From the NCBI GenBank assembly GCA_003614675.1, contig ML002253.1, positions 1-57,118 of the forward strand: a DNA stretch of 57,118 nt, read 5' to 3'. The position numbers and the translations under genes are program-made. Under the pieces are notes generated by a model that saw only the letters and a program-made list of their open reading frames with translations, was not told the origin of the DNA and made no database searches. This document shows positions 1 through 14,200 of this stretch, one piece after another. This stretch comes from Dimargaris cristalligena (taxonomy: Eukaryota). Each line of letters begins with the position of its first letter. Positions within the stretch are counted from its first letter, which is position 1.

Positions 1-1666
1 AAAGGGGAGGGAAAAAAACTGGTTATACCAGAAAAAAAGCCACTTCATACCCTGTATAATAATAATAATAGTAATATAATTAGTGTGGCTTATAGGGGGA
101 CAGTACACCTTGCCATACTGGACCATATCCCCTTCTCTCCTAGACAAATGTTTAGGAACACCTAGGTGCCGCCATGTACTAAGCACAATGAACTCGCCAT
201 GATAAAGGTGTCCTGCTACTATCTCACAAAGCGGTTTACAAAAAAATAACTACTTCTGTCCCAATAATTCCACACCCTTGAATATGTTCAGCTACCCTGT
301 TCCCCATGCACTCCCTTCCTACCATGGACCTATGTTCACCCAAAGGAGCCCCTTTATTCTCCAGTTAAACCCAAAAGGGATTATGATTGGCTATCTTTAT
401 TTTTGACCCTTCAAGGTCATTATTCCTTGAGTTACAATGTAAGCCTATAAGTGTACTGCTGCATAGTGCAGGTTTAAGGGAAGCTTATTCCTATCAATTC
501 CTTTATCAGGTCTACCAAAACCCAGATCATTACTATATATATCCCATTTAAACCAAAATGAGCATTAACACTGAACTCGCAGCCTAGAGCTAGCCACTAT
601 CTCTGAAACCATGAGAGAAGACGGTATTTTCTAAGCTATGAGATCATAAGGTGTTGAAGGAGAATAGTCGAGAGGGGAGAAATCATTGTCAATGACCATT
701 CAGCACCTGTTACAATTATTATATCTTAGTCTTGCAATTAGGGTATAAAAACCCACCTATTTTACTCCCTAGTTTGAGGAGCAATCCACTGAGAAAACGA
801 ACTAGTCATATATTACTGATTATACTGCACTTATTTCTAAATAAATATTCTTTTGTAAAAAACTTATCTATTAAACCAAATACTATCAATCACATCACTT
901 TAACAAGGCCATCGAAGAGCAGATATAAAGTAGCCATGGTCCCCGAATTCGAAATATATTCATTCCTTTAAAAACGAAATGATTTACCAAAGTTTTTTAA
1001 AGTTATTTTATTAATATAACACCATGTTCCGTTCCAAGCATCCGTTCACTGGGAGCCTGGAGGTATCTCCTCTGCCATCTCCATCCCATCCCTGCCCATT
1101 ACTTGAATGGTTGTTTCCGGTCTCCTCCTCCTCACAGTCCGGTGCCCTTCAACCCAACAGGGCCATGCCAAACACTCCTGAATCCCCGGGCTGTGGTACT
1201 ACAGTTGTAACTTAAAGTCTATAGTGGTCAATCTTAGGTATGCTGCACTATCATGCCTAGGAAAAAATGATGGTGATAAAAAGCCTGCAGCAGCAGTTCC
1301 AGTCTAAAGCCTTAGCCCATTAGCCATTTTCAAACAATAGCCATGCTACTAACTAGCCAGGATTTTGGGTAAGGCATCTACTTCCTCATAAGCATTTGCT
1401 AGTTAACAGACTTACTTATTACTACCTATTTCTGAATTGCTGGGTATCAGTAATGAGTATCCATAAGGGCAACTTACAGTTTAACAGTATAAGACTGTAA
1501 ATCATATGTTCAGGGGGGTGGGGTGAGGTACTTAAAATGTATTAGAAATATCTTATTAATTGAAAAGTTCTATAGTAAAGTAGCCCAATTGAGCCTCTCC
1601 CATTTCACATTCTTGAGCAATACCCCAATAAAACAAGTCTAGAGTAACCCAATAGCAGTTCCTTTC

Positions 1667-2247
1667 TGTTGGACCATCTAATACTCCTTAATCCGGACAC
1701 CTTAGTGTCCATCCCTATTAGGCCTTATAGTACTATATTAACCTTTCCATGACCATCCCTGGTATTATGGGATCCTCCTATATCATATAACCATTCCCCT
1801 TCCAGACCCTGTCTTGTCACACTAATCACTTGAGTGCTGATCCAAATACTCTTCTGGTTACCATTAGAGTCTTCTGGGTCCTAATGGTTATCCAGTTGGC
1901 CTATTTACCTATACCTTAGTCTTAGTAGTATCCTGCCCTGGGGCCTCCCTCTGGAGTTATCCCCACATATATATAACTGGGCCCCATTGGGACCAGTCCA
2001 ATTCTTCAGCTTATTATTACCCCCTAGTTTATCCCAATAAACTCTATATATACTCACCACCCTTTTATTGACTAGTAAATGTACCCACTGCATATTCCTT
2101 GCATATTATTATGCTTAGCCTTTATTAGTTAGTAACTTATCTATACCTAGCACTAGTGGCCCACTTAGCCGAGCCTGAGCCCCATCTACTGTTAGAAGCC
2201 TATCCTTGGGATTCTTGATGGACTAAGAGTAGTTAACCTAGGTGATA
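1667..2247 (+). mobile_element. Degenerate LTR, family A copy 1 (581 bp)
   Basis: Aligns end to end with 21744..22326, sharing e.g. TATACCTTAGTCTTAGTAG, CCTCCCTCTGGAGTT, ACATATATATAAC, CCCAATAAACTCTATATAT and TCTTGATGGACTAAGAGT. Begins TGTTGG and ends GGTGATA (decayed ...CA). Contains a TATA-like element followed by AATAAA. No TSD (flanks CTTTC/CTAAT). Confidence 0.7.
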
Positions 2248-3868
2248 CTAATATCTATATTTTTATAGACCTGATGTAGGATATATAGTTTTACTATTTA
2301 ACATATATGAACTCATGATAATCTACACTTTTAATATATGTAGTGTATTTCTTTGGCATATATCTGTGTTTTCAAAAAGGATTTAGTAAATTTATTTGAT
2401 AATGTCCTTTTCCTGGTGACTTCCATAATGTCAAAATAGTATGCAATGTCATATTATTTGTATATGACTGATTCATCTGGGGGCTGCTCTTTCTTATTTG
2501 TTTAACCTTGCTGCCATAGTGGGCAGTTATTCAGTGGTGACCCTCTGTCCTTCAACAAGACATATTATATCCTACTGTATACTGAAATACCCTTTTGATA
2601 CAATTTTGGTAGGTTTAAAAGATAAACCGCCCAATTTTACATTTGTACTTCATTGAAGATCCCGTGGAATTGCACTTTATTTCACCTGGATGTACCCATG
2701 ATACTTCCTGACTGCAAGGACAACGTAGCGCCTCTCTCCTCCATCTGACCAGCTTCCTTAAATGGGACATTTAACTATATCTAGCCCCCTTGAGTCTATG
2801 CACCAATAGTACCCCACAGAATCTCTCTATTCGTCTTCTACAAAATGTGGTATTAGAAAGTTTTATCAATGTATAAACTATGCCATTGCCAAATTCTTAA
2901 ATTTTGATTATCCTAAAACAGCCCATTTCTTACTAGGTTTTGCCTATTTGCCAGCGACTATTGAAAATGTTGGGTTTTGGTGACTGGTCTGAAATAGCAG
3001 ATGTGGACTTTTTCATACGCCAAAGCAGTGTCCAAACTGTAATTATATGAATGTAGAACTCTGGAATGCTTAGGAGGGTAGACCATGGCCAACCCTAATC
3101 AATATGGTGAATATTCATTTGGGAGCTGTGTGCAATACTAAGCATATTCCGTATAATGGAAAGGTCTCTGATATGTAGGTTGGAATTACTGAGAATGCAT
3201 ACATACAATAATGAGGGAGAAAATTGCAATATCTTCGTCTTGGGATAGGAATAGATATCAGAATACACTACATGACTGGGTTGCCATGCCTTCCAAATAG
3301 TTGCGAAATCTAGGATCGTACTGTATATCCCGGAATGCCCCGATTAGTTCATCCAATCAAGGACAATTCCACCAGCCCTGGGACTTATTAACCAATGGAT
3401 ACATCCGCGGGACATTTTTCTCCGATTGTAATAGTGTCATTATGTATAGATTGTCCAATCAACTAGCTAATAAATCCTTCTATTTTTTTTACTTTCCCAT
3501 TTCTTTTAAATGTCTTTGAAGCGCAACGTTAGCCAAAAGTTTTCCACAGCTGCCAGAATGTTATAGAGTTAGACAAGACGTTGGGAGCAGTGCACAGTTG
3601 TTTCGTTTAGGTTACACTTTAGTCAAGTCTATTCATTTTTTTACCATTTACCATTCGAAGTGGCAATCCTTATAATGACCCAGCTTGTTATGGAGAGCGC
3701 CTATTGTTTTTAAAATACTGTTATTTTTTCAGCCCCCTCCCCTTCTGAGTATAAGCCGAGTACTGGGTTCCCTCGACCCTTTTAGACCGAAAGCCGCCGA
3801 ACCACGCCCTTTTTACTTATCAAGTCTACGGGATTCCCCAAGACCACCGCACTGTTCGAAATTCCACC

Positions 3869-6085
3869 ATGGGCCGGAGGAAAGACAGTCGTTACTATGC
3901 CAAAATTCGTAAATGCAAACGACGAGGTCGTTCAGGTAAGAAACCTTTGAGCTTTGGTGAATTAAATAGCACCTTACATTATTACCCAATGTCTGGTTTA
4001 CAGCTGCCCCACGTCCCTACCCTGTGCCACAGGCGCTTTGGCCCGATTTCCACTTATCAGCGGAAAACTGAGCCAGAAAGGGATGGACAATCTCGAGCTT
4101 TATCAAGTCGAATGTCTGTATTGATTATCGTTACATTCGTTTGCCTATAGATGAATAGACCTAATTTGCCGGTTACCGGGCTGATATAATAATATGATTT
4201 CCCATCGCCCAATTAATTATTCACTAACCCCCCCTCCCCTCTTGCTCTCTCCGGGAATTAATTATCTATAGAATTGAAAATCGACGAATGGGACCGCTTC
4301 AAGTTCGCCAGCCACGATTTCTGGCTCGAAACCACGCAGGACACGATACCCCGCATCGCCAACGACCAAGTCAATGAGCAGGAATTCATTGATCGTTTCC
4401 AGGCCCCCGACACCCAACTGCCCGTGATGATCACCGGGGCCACGGGGGCCTGGCCCGCGGCGGAACGGTGGGCCACTCTGGAGCGATTGGAAACCCGATT
4501 CGGAAACCAAAAGTTTAAAGTGGGCGAAGATGACGACGGGCATAACGTCTATCTGAAATTCAAATACTTTGCCCGGTATGTGCGGGAGGATGCCCACCGC
4601 GACGATAGTCCGTTGTATGTATTCGACAGCAACTTTAAAGATACTCGCCGGAACACCGTGGCCAAAGGTAAAGTAGCGGCCTCGGCCGCATCGAGACCGG
4701 ACCCGGTGACCCCGGCTGGAACGGCCCTGAACTCGGGGGCTTCCACTCGCCGTAACTCACCAACGGAGTCCCAGGACGAAGGGGCATCTGGCATGCCGGC
4801 TAAACGACTCAAACCTACCTACACCCCTAGCATGCTTACTCCGGCCGATTCACCTATTTCCTTCAATGCCACTACCTCTTCGCTGACTTCTGCTGGGAAG
4901 AAGGGGAGAGCAGACAATGAGGAGGAGGAGGACGACAACGAAAGTGGTGATGGCGAGCCAACACAGGGGGAGGCCCTGGCTTCTAAAGCCGAACTTCTAC
5001 ACGACTTTGTCGTCCCCAAATACTTCCGCGAGGATCTCTTTCGTTTAACCGGCCGTAGCCGCCGCCCCCCTTTTCGCTGGTTTGTGACGGGGCCCGCCCG
5101 GAGTGGCACGGGGATCCATTTCGACCCCCTCGGCACGAGTGCCTGGAACAGTTTACTAGTGGGTCATAAGCGCTGGGCCCTCTTCCCACCCCGCACCCCG
5201 CGCGAATTGGTTGACCCCCCCTCTATGAAACCGTATGACCGCGAAGCCGCCAGCTGGTTCTACCACGTGCTACCCAAGTTCCACCAACCCCCCACCCCGG
5301 ATTTCTTCCAACGCTACGGGGCGTGGTACGGCTACGGACCGTGTGCGGATTTCCACGACGCCCACCAGTTGGCTCTACGGTTTCGTCGCCATACCCTGGG
5401 TAGTCTCATCGGTATCGTCGAGGGCCTGCATCACCCCGGCGAGACCATTTATGTACCCGGGGGCTGGCAACATGTGGTCATTAACCTGGATTTCACCGTA
5501 GCCATCACGCAGAATTTCTGTGCTCCGGTGTCGTTTGACTACGTGTGGCTTAAGACGCGGTTTGCGCGGCCGGGATTGGCGGCTAAACTCGAACGTGAGT
5601 TGAAGGCCCGGCAGTGCTTACAATCCAGTTTGACCTACGACCCCGCAGTACCACTACTATCCGGGCCGGGGGACCAGGGGGAGAACGAAGCGGGAGAGGT
5701 GGGGATGGATTCGATGACTCCCTCGGCTCTGAAATTGCGGGACTTCTTAGATATATTGCACCAATGTCCCGATGGATCACCGCGCCTTTACCGTCTCCTG
5801 GCCGACCGTATCGAAGAGATGACTACAGTACCGAATCTTTATACGTCGTCTTCAACACCCTCCTCATCATCATCATCGTCGTCGTCGTCGTCTTCTGCAT
5901 CGTCCTGCCCGTCCTCGACGCCCACGCAGCCGATAAAAACCTTAGAATCCGCATCTTCGGGACTTTCACACCCTCATTCGCTACTAGCGACGCACGCGGG
6001 CTTTCCGGAGCCTGTAGGGGGCTATTCCTGCCCTTGTGAACGCTGTGCAAAGTGGCTTCAACAGCAGTTGAACAAACAACGATAG
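3869..6085 (+). CDS. JMJD6: JmjC-domain arginine demethylase/lysyl hydroxylase JMJD6 homologue; exons 3869..3935 and 4272..6085
   Basis: A phase-1 intron (GTAAG...ATAG) joins MGRRK...RGRS to ELKIDEW. Motifs typical of JMJD6: KFKVGEDDDG, DDSPLYVFDS, RRPPFRWFVTGPARSGTGIHFDPLGTSAWN (HxD), GHKRW, PGETIYVPGGWQHVVINLD (distal His) and a C-terminal poly-Ser. Confidence 0.93.
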
Positions 6086-9000
6086 GCGCGATTTCTATTT
6101 TGTTTTCATTTTTTTATGATGACCTTAAGATCTTTTCTATTTTTAAACTTTTTTTTTGATTTCCAAACCACTCTCGACCACACCCTTCCACGGCTTTTGT
6201 GGTCACTGGATGGCCATTGGGAAGCCATTGAGCGGATCATATTGATCATGAGCGGTTTACGATGGCAGGCTTGGTCCCCGAACAGGGATGTTTGATACCA
6301 GCTCCCATTCAGTATACTACAGGGAATATCGTATCGAATCATCGGAATGGGGATTCAGAAAAGAACGGTCACCGGAATCGGTCACGAGATAAGGAGAGGA
6401 GATTCATTGACCAGTCCAATAGATGATGGCTTGGAAGTCCCACTTGGCAGGCTATTGATGAGACCTCAAATGTGGAACACTATCCAACCTAACCCGGTCG
6501 ACGAAGGAGGAAGAGGTGGTGGTGTTATTTATCAAATACTTCTCTGCTATCTGTCTCGACTAATAAACAGGAAATGGAGAGGCTGGGAATGATAGTAATC
6601 AATGGGCCGGGGATTGGACCCCGGTTGCATTAGGCGGATTGGCGCGATTCAGGGGCATGATCACCCATCTCATATACATGGGGCTGTGTGACGGTAGTGG
6701 GTAGATTCCAATGCCTAATTTAGGTAATTGGTATTCCTTGGGCCTCTTCATACAAACCCATCATCCCCTGGTCATAACAGAGAGGTCTCATGCAGCCACG
6801 ATGGCCTCCTAGTGGGAAGGAGGCTACTATCATAGTGCACCCTTGGCGGGTTTTATTTATTTCTGGTAAGCGGCGGAGGAGTGGGTAGTGGACCCTGAAT
6901 AAGTGATATCATTGTAATAAATGGGCTGCATGCCGCTAGTCTGTTGCTGTTATACTTCGCCATCAGTTGAAGGATTTTTTACTTGGTACGAACCACTCTC
7001 ATCCATGGGGGAGGGTTTTGCAAGTGGTCAACCGCGTTGACGATAATTTCATATGGTGGGAAACTGGCCGTTAGGTTTGGGCCAGGCTAGTCGTGGGGGA
7101 TCACCCCCTATCAAATGGAACATTAGGAGACGGGGATAGAGGGGGGTAGAGGAGAGGGCATGGTGGTGGTATAGGAGATTAGCCCTTCGTTCATCAGTAT
7201 TTAGTGATTGGAATGGTAATAAGACTTGCAGGAGGGTTATTCGGATCCACTTGCGATGGATGGCTTATGAGGTGCAGTTGGGCGAGAGAATAAACGCAGC
7301 AGTGCGACCAAGGTTTGCATGCAACATCGAATTGAGAGCAATGCATGGGTGGGACATACGACCCATATTTAACCCTATTGACAGTTGTAAAGACATCGCG
7401 CCATGCCAATGTATATCTAGGCAGGTAAATAGATATATAGATTACCCATGCTGGGCGTGGTTATGTTTAGCCGAGTAGGTAGAAGCCCTTTTTATTACAG
7501 TAGCCACGACCTAGGATACAGGGTGGGTCATGTAGGATCATGCCTAAAAACATGCCCACCATCCTAGTATTGCCTAAATTCCCACCGTTCCATCTATTTT
7601 TTTGGAATACGAAGGTATTTAACGCAATGTCTTTGTTTTTATAGAAAGGACGACGGCAGTTCCCGTCACATCTGGCTATATTGTATATTGTTTACTGATC
7701 AAATAGCGGGGTATGTGCCTACTAAAGACACCTTTGACCAACCCCCTGGAGGCCATAGAGGGGCAAGTATTCGCCTATGGCCTTCGCCTAATCCAAACGG
7801 TTGTAAAGAAAATATATCACCTAATCCTCTCCCACTCTCACCTTGCTGAATCAATTCAAAGTGGGAGAAGTTCATCCAAGCTGTATAACGAAAAATCCAT
7901 TAGATTCGGCCAATATTACTAGTTAAAAATAGATTTCCCATACACGTAAATGTAAACCCTTATATAGCTGGGCCGAATTTCACCCAAGTGCAGCCCAAGG
8001 GAAACAGACTGTGCAATCAAATCATGGGTCATCCGACCCAGGAGGAGATAAAGATGATGGATAGAAAGGGGTGATTAGGACTAGCCTTCTCCTGTTCCTT
8101 TTCCTTCACCTTGGCCGCTTTCACCTAGTGTCCACCCCTCACCTACGTCGGTCTACTGATGTTACGGTGGATATAATGCAATGGTGGCGACCGAGTGAAT
8201 CACAGAAGTCCACGGAGGCTAAAAGGCTGCGCTCAGAGGGGATGCGGCTATTCTACATGGGCAATTTGGGGGCTCATGCTAACTTGTTGCCCCATTGGAG
8301 AACCCAGGAGAAGAAGGGGGGCCGATAGTGGAGGATTTGGCTTGTATAATTCGAGTAGGGGAGGAAGGCGGAAGACTATTGAGTTTGGCCAGGGGATGCG
8401 GGCAAATAGAGCGACACCACCACCCAGTCTTTTACCTCTGGGCTATGGAAAAGAACCGACGGGCGTGAAACAAGCTGGGCGATTATTTGGAAGGCCAATG
8501 TGGGCTAGTAGGGATTTTTGGAGAGTGCTAGGGTGGTTGGCCCAATCAACCGGGTCAACAATCCGTGGGCGTCCGAGCCACCACTAGGCAAGGTGTCTGT
8601 CGCCCTGTATCGACCGGGGGGGTGTGGCTGGTGGTGGTGGTGGCAAGTAGAAGAACAAAAAACGAATATCAGGCAACCTTGCCCGGGCCTGCAGCCTATA
8701 ATATAGCCCTAAGACAGGGTTGCGGCAGGTGGGCCCGGGAATATAGAGATAGAGATAAATATACATATTAGGCCTTATTGTTAGCTAAAGTAGACCACCC
8801 CGAGTTGTTGGTCCAGGTCAGCCAATCACAGGGGCCTATGTGAAGTTCGCCATCCACACCAAGGAAATCCTTTTCGAGTGTTTTCACCGCTGGACTCGTG
8901 CGGACTCTGTACTGCAGTATAGTATATTGGATTGCATTGGATTGTTTTATTCATAGGTTAGGTAGGGTTAGTGCCATTCAGTTGGCCTAGAAGGCTACTA

Positions 9001-9829
9001 GGCAGACAGCCCCAGTCGCCCAGGATTAGTGCACCGCCAATATATAATTAGGGTTAGTTGATTTTATAGTCTACTAATAAAATGGCTCGCCGTTGTGCGG
9101 TGCAGGCGGCTGAATGGGGAAAAATTTAGAAGGTGTGAATCAGAAAGCACACCCTCTCTCCTTGTTGTTCCCAGCGATGGTCACTCTCTCTCTCTTTCTT
9201 TCTAATTATTAACGAGACTGCCCCTGGTCGTTCCCCGCTAACTCTCCCGGTATATAAGCCCCGTCTCGCCCGCCCCCTCCCGGCCTTTTTCGTTACGATT
9301 TCGTTGCCCACATGTGTATCTAAAAGCCCCCCTCTCTCTTTTTATTGTCTCTTATTAATCCCGATTGTGTGTATGTTAAACTGGGCCTATAAATAACTAT
9401 TGGTTCAATTCGGGTGGTGGTTGACATATGTGAAACCCGCCTATCCCTTTTTATTCGATTCTCACTGCTGCTGACTTATTTTCACACCCCCTTTTGGCTT
9501 TCCTCTCGTGCCACTCTGCCAGTATTGTCAATTTGCCGCCTTTTACTTGGTCCATTCGGCCGTCTTGGTCTTCTGTATTGCTGTCCCTTTTCTATATTAT
9601 ATACCTTTTTTGACTTGTACATAGTGTCCGTCTCATTGGCTCATTACGTAGAGGTCCTTTTCAGTCCAGCTGGCCCCCACTGAGCCCAAGTATAGATATC
9701 AGTATACCCTTTTACCCGTTATTCAATTCCCACCCCCACCCAGATATATTTATAGTTGAAGTTATTAGTAGCAGTTTCTTTTTTCCCTTCTAAGCCGTGC
9801 TTCGAATACCACTTCCTCCTGTATACCCC

Positions 9830-11206
9830 ATGTCGCAAATTCGTACTCTCCTGCAGACTTGGACGACGCTCCGCCTGCCCTGGCGCCGGACTGTTCTGGC
9901 TGGCCGCGACCACTTTGGCAACAACTACTTCGAAAAGCGGGAGAAAGGTAGCCTATCCATTGACGACATATATTCGCTTACTAGATCCCCAGCGGGGTAT
10001 GGCGGACTGAGGACCGGGGTTTCCGATCAGCAGGGTCCTCGAATGGGGAGAAGCCACTATGCGTCCTCATTTTGGTCTCCCAACCCCATGTAGCCAAACT
10101 GACCATCCCCGTTTGGCCCTACTCGCGATTTTATTCTGCCTCTGTTTCCCTTTGACTTACCTAGACCGGATCTACCCGCGCCGCTGGGTCGAACTAACCA
10201 CCGACTCGGACCACTATTCACAATACGACGTCAACAAAGTGCCGGGTAAGTCTAAATTATCCAGCTGTCACTGCCAGCCTGACAAGGGTCTGGCTGGATG
10301 ACCAGGGTCGTGTGCAACCCCCGGCAGGTCAGATGTTTATCGGAATAGTTTCCTCTTTTGGGTAGTCTCTGTACTAACCCTCCCTGTATATATCTATCCC
10401 TCGGTATATGATATCTCGGGTATCACCTTTCTATCGGGCATCTTCTATTATGTTTTTGCTAGTGCAATGGCAAAGCTGGCTTCGGCACACCCGTTTCGAC
10501 CCCCCCTCCGTCGAGGTAAGTTGGTTCCCTTCCCCATTCATAGATCAGCCAATTAGCTAATCATCCTTTCTGGCGCCCCCATGGCTCTTCTAATAATAGT
10601 TTTATCCCTTTGAGTGTTGCTTTGCATCGATCTGCCCATATTAATCATCATTTTTGAAAGTCGGTATACTTGTTTTTTGATCTTATATTCATTAGGAAAT
10701 CGCCAAGGCTGACGCGCGCCGTGAACTGATTCAACAGCGAGCCAAAGAGATTGACCGAGAATGGGCAAAGGTATGCATAATCTACGATTCCCCTAGTAAC
10801 CCTTTGGTGCAGGGCAGTTGCAACCCGATGGTTATTGTTTTAGTGGGGCTATCGAACCCCGTACCACTAGCGTGTCCCGGGGCCGTGTCACTTAAATACT
10901 TCTGGGGTATTTTGCCGCTCCTTTTTATTTATTGGTGAAACTTTATAATAACCCATGCTTCGTTCACATGTGTTTATTGGTAACCATCCTCCATTTTAGG
11001 CCAAGCCCATCGTTAATCAACTGCCGCCCTCCCCCACCCACTCGGCCAGCTCCATCTACTCTGATACCACTATGATCTCATCAAAAACTGCCCCCACCAC
11101 CGGTCGCTCTCGTAGCAACTCCCGGGATAAAATGCCGTCCTCGGAGCCGACCGGGAAAGGGCACGATTACGAACCTGGCTCCTGGTCAGCGGCTTCCCGT
11201 CGTTAA
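9830..11206 (+). CDS. NDUFAF2: NDUFAF2/NDUFA12-family complex I assembly factor; exons 9830..9947, 10165..10245, 10463..10515, 10696..10770, 11000..11206
   Basis: Four phase-compatible GT-AG introns give MSQIRTLLQTW...GRDHFGNNYFE...RRWVE...VPVQWQSWLRHTRFDPPSVEEIAKADARRELIQQRAKEIDREW...EPTGKGHDYEPGSWSAASRR*. The W-x-x-W-L-R-x-T-R-x-x-P-P and C-terminal PGSW motifs match the NDUFAF2 branch. Confidence 0.85.
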
Positions 11207-14200
11207 AACCGAACCAAGGGGGTTTCCAGTGAGCTGACCTGTAATTCTCTATTTCTGTACCTTGCTACACTATTCTTCTTTCTTTTTTTTTGATTTACAT
11301 TGCACTAGCTGATTTGCTCGACTATCTATTCTTCATGTTCTCTGTTTTTTACCGAGATATTGATTGATACGGTGACCACATCCATAGAATGGTGTTCAAT
11401 CCAACCACCAGCACCAAAACACCCGTAAAATCCATGTATAAATTTGCTTTGCTATTTGAATATTGTATCCTCAGCTATAGGGAGAGAGTTAAAAATACTC
11501 GTCAGTCAAGGGAAAAATATATATTATTCATTAGGGTGGGATCTTACCATTCACATATAAGGTCCAATTCTCGCTTGCAAGTGTTTAAATCCACTGCTCT
11601 CCCCCTCCTACCGCCCAACTAAAGTACTGAAGCACTGTGTCTTTATTTTCCGACATACTATGAATTGAATACCTGTCTGGGATTCAGTCCCTCAGAGTGC
11701 ATTGCCATATTGGTTAGCATACCCCCTAATCAATATCAGCATTCATTTAATAATACCGTGAGCGACATTATAATTACAAATGCCCACATACATTTCGAAG
11801 TCCCTACACTGGCGTATACCATTCAACTGAACTAACCACTCAGCGTATTTCATGTAGAAGGCCATAGAATATGAGTGCCAGTTGCATTGGATCATGTGGG
11901 AGTAGGGCGGCCGTACAAGGGACAGGTCACAGTTTAAGTGGGAAGCTAGTAGGGGCCCATGTCGGCATCGATGAAGGCGGTGGAGAGCCACTCCCGGTGA
12001 TTTGGAGTCCTATCAATCGTATCCGGAGTTTATCGCTACTCATGAGGACGATTTGCATAACGACTTATTTATTGCAGCTCTCGACCGTTGGACCACTCTG
12101 CAATCCAGCCCACTTGCCAAATGGGGCTTCTATCCAAAAACGGATAATAGTATGGCTTCTTTGTATATGGCGAGTCATTTTTGATACTAATGGTTATTAA
12201 TATGGCACTCTCTGAGCCAGTGTCCTGCTGGGCGTGTAGCCTACAAGAACTGACTTGAGGAGGTGGCATTACAATGCAATTACCCGTACTTGGTTGTAAG
12301 CATGATTGGGTAATACAGTCTACCTTCCGAGCGCCCTATTATATTCCTTCTACCGGGATAGAGAACCTATTGGACCTCGGTTTAAATGGTACTGTAAATA
12401 TAATTGCAATGGTCCACCCACCCATTCTTAGTCCGTGACCATAAATTAATAAGCATGCGGGCTAGTTTCTCATCAGATAAACCGCGAATAAGTGTAGATT
12501 GGTCAATCAGTCCAACCACAGCAAACTATATATACAATGCCCGTTTGTCATTATTATTACAAATCCACCTTTCTCCCCTACTTGCACCGACGTATACATT
12601 TTAGCATCAGCGCCAATCGGCGGACCGGGGGCGGGGAAAGGTAAATCATTCCCAGGCGTCCTACCAGACCGGGGCGCTAAAGGTGCTCAACCTTATTGCA
12701 ACAGAGATAGGCATGTATATTACTCGGATAAATAGATACTCCGAAAAACAACCATCAAATAGTAAACTGGCATATGTTAATTTCGTTAAAAGGGGTTGTG
12801 GGGAGTCGAATATCAGCTCAAATGAGGCATTCAAATGCCTCATAAGGCCGCGACCCAATGATTTGAGATTAAACCCATTCTATAGATCTCGCCGCGCGTC
12901 ATTTTGGAGGAAAGATCCTAATGCAGGTCAATTGCGTATCTATTCCCAAGCATATGTCCGACTGGTGCTTTAAAAGAAGGGTGCCTATATCCGAAGGATA
13001 TCCCTAAATTTTAGCTTGAAGCAGGGCCACTGGAGTTGCACACCATCACCATACGTCACCAAAAGTTGAGATGGATAATTTGAGCCCGCAGAGGAGTCGT
13101 TTGCCCCCACAAACGGGACGTATTACTCCCCTTTCTACCATTATAATTGGATTATGTTCATTAGTAGTGGGGGGTGGACGGAGAGGCGTATGAGCGTTTT
13201 GTTTGGGACTCTGTGATTTGATGGCCGGCCCATCAGATAAATAACTCAGCCTATTTTGTGGGTGAGAAGATGGCTATATCATACCGCCCTACCCCCCCTC
13301 TCTCTACACTTACCCTCCCCTAATCCCTACGATTCGCTGAAGAGCCGAGTGTGAATTAATTGGGTAACACCACTTGCCTGATATTTCCCCAACCGCGATT
13401 TTATCTGATCCTACACTTTTGACCCAAACTGCGGCGCGTGGGTCTGGGTATCGGTCAGCACATGTAAGGGACGCGGGCCAGAGATGGGGTTATGAAACAG
13501 ACAAATCGAAAAATACCCTCACTCTTTCTTCGCACACTGCCGTGTTGGTCAATTCAGCCACCTTTCCGTATTTTACTTTGACCTAAGATCAGTGGCTACA
13601 ACGAGTACCTGACGCACACAACCGCCGCACATCAACGTGTATATTTTGAAACAGATAAGCCCATGGTATCGGGCCATTTTACATGTAATAGATACGCGAA
13701 ATCCCCTTTCACCAATCCAATGCATGGAAACGGAGCGGGAGCGTAACCATAGCCGTGGCCCGGCCCAATCACTGATTTGTCTGACCAGGGCTGTTTTTAT
13801 TTTTCGACTATCTGATAACTTGCCACACTGGCGGTAGAGGAGTCCCGGTTTCACCCTGGTCTCCCACACTGCCATGGGCATTCCCTCTGTTCCTGAGGCC
13901 CTGTATATTGCAATTGAACTAGGGGGTTCCCCTTCTGATGTCTTTGACCCAAACTCGAGAGTAGTTTTCATTTGTCCTACACCAAACTGGGCGTAGGGGC
14001 AAGCAATGTAATGAATGTGGCGACGGTGGTTGGAAAAAGGGACCAATTGGCCGGTATTTCGTTTACTTTGACACGTCCGCACTACCTTACCTATAATACA
14101 CTCCCAAACCCCGTATGTCGGTCGTCAGATAACTTTGCTTCCAGCCCATATGTCTTCCATTGCCCTAAAACGGGTAAATCAGAGCAAGGTAGTGGCAGTG

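Noticed and set aside
380-780. Gypsy integrase-end (PFKVI...AYK) and chromodomain-like (YILVLQLGY) relic
   Set aside because: The region is CpG-poor and may be TE-derived, but the motifs are too short and broken to support a call.
1512-1528. PPT for the LTR at 1667
   Set aside because: About 140 bp from the LTR start; a PPT must be adjacent.
2850-3570. Decayed minus-strand reading frame
   Set aside because: Stop density is near random and no family motif is recognisable.
8040-8700. Pro/Gln-rich decayed gene or the listed short ORFs
   Set aside because: About 5 stops in 75 codons in the best frame, no better than chance; no motifs.
11871-12269. Overlapping short ORFs as a gene fragment
   Set aside because: No consistent exon structure or recognisable domain.
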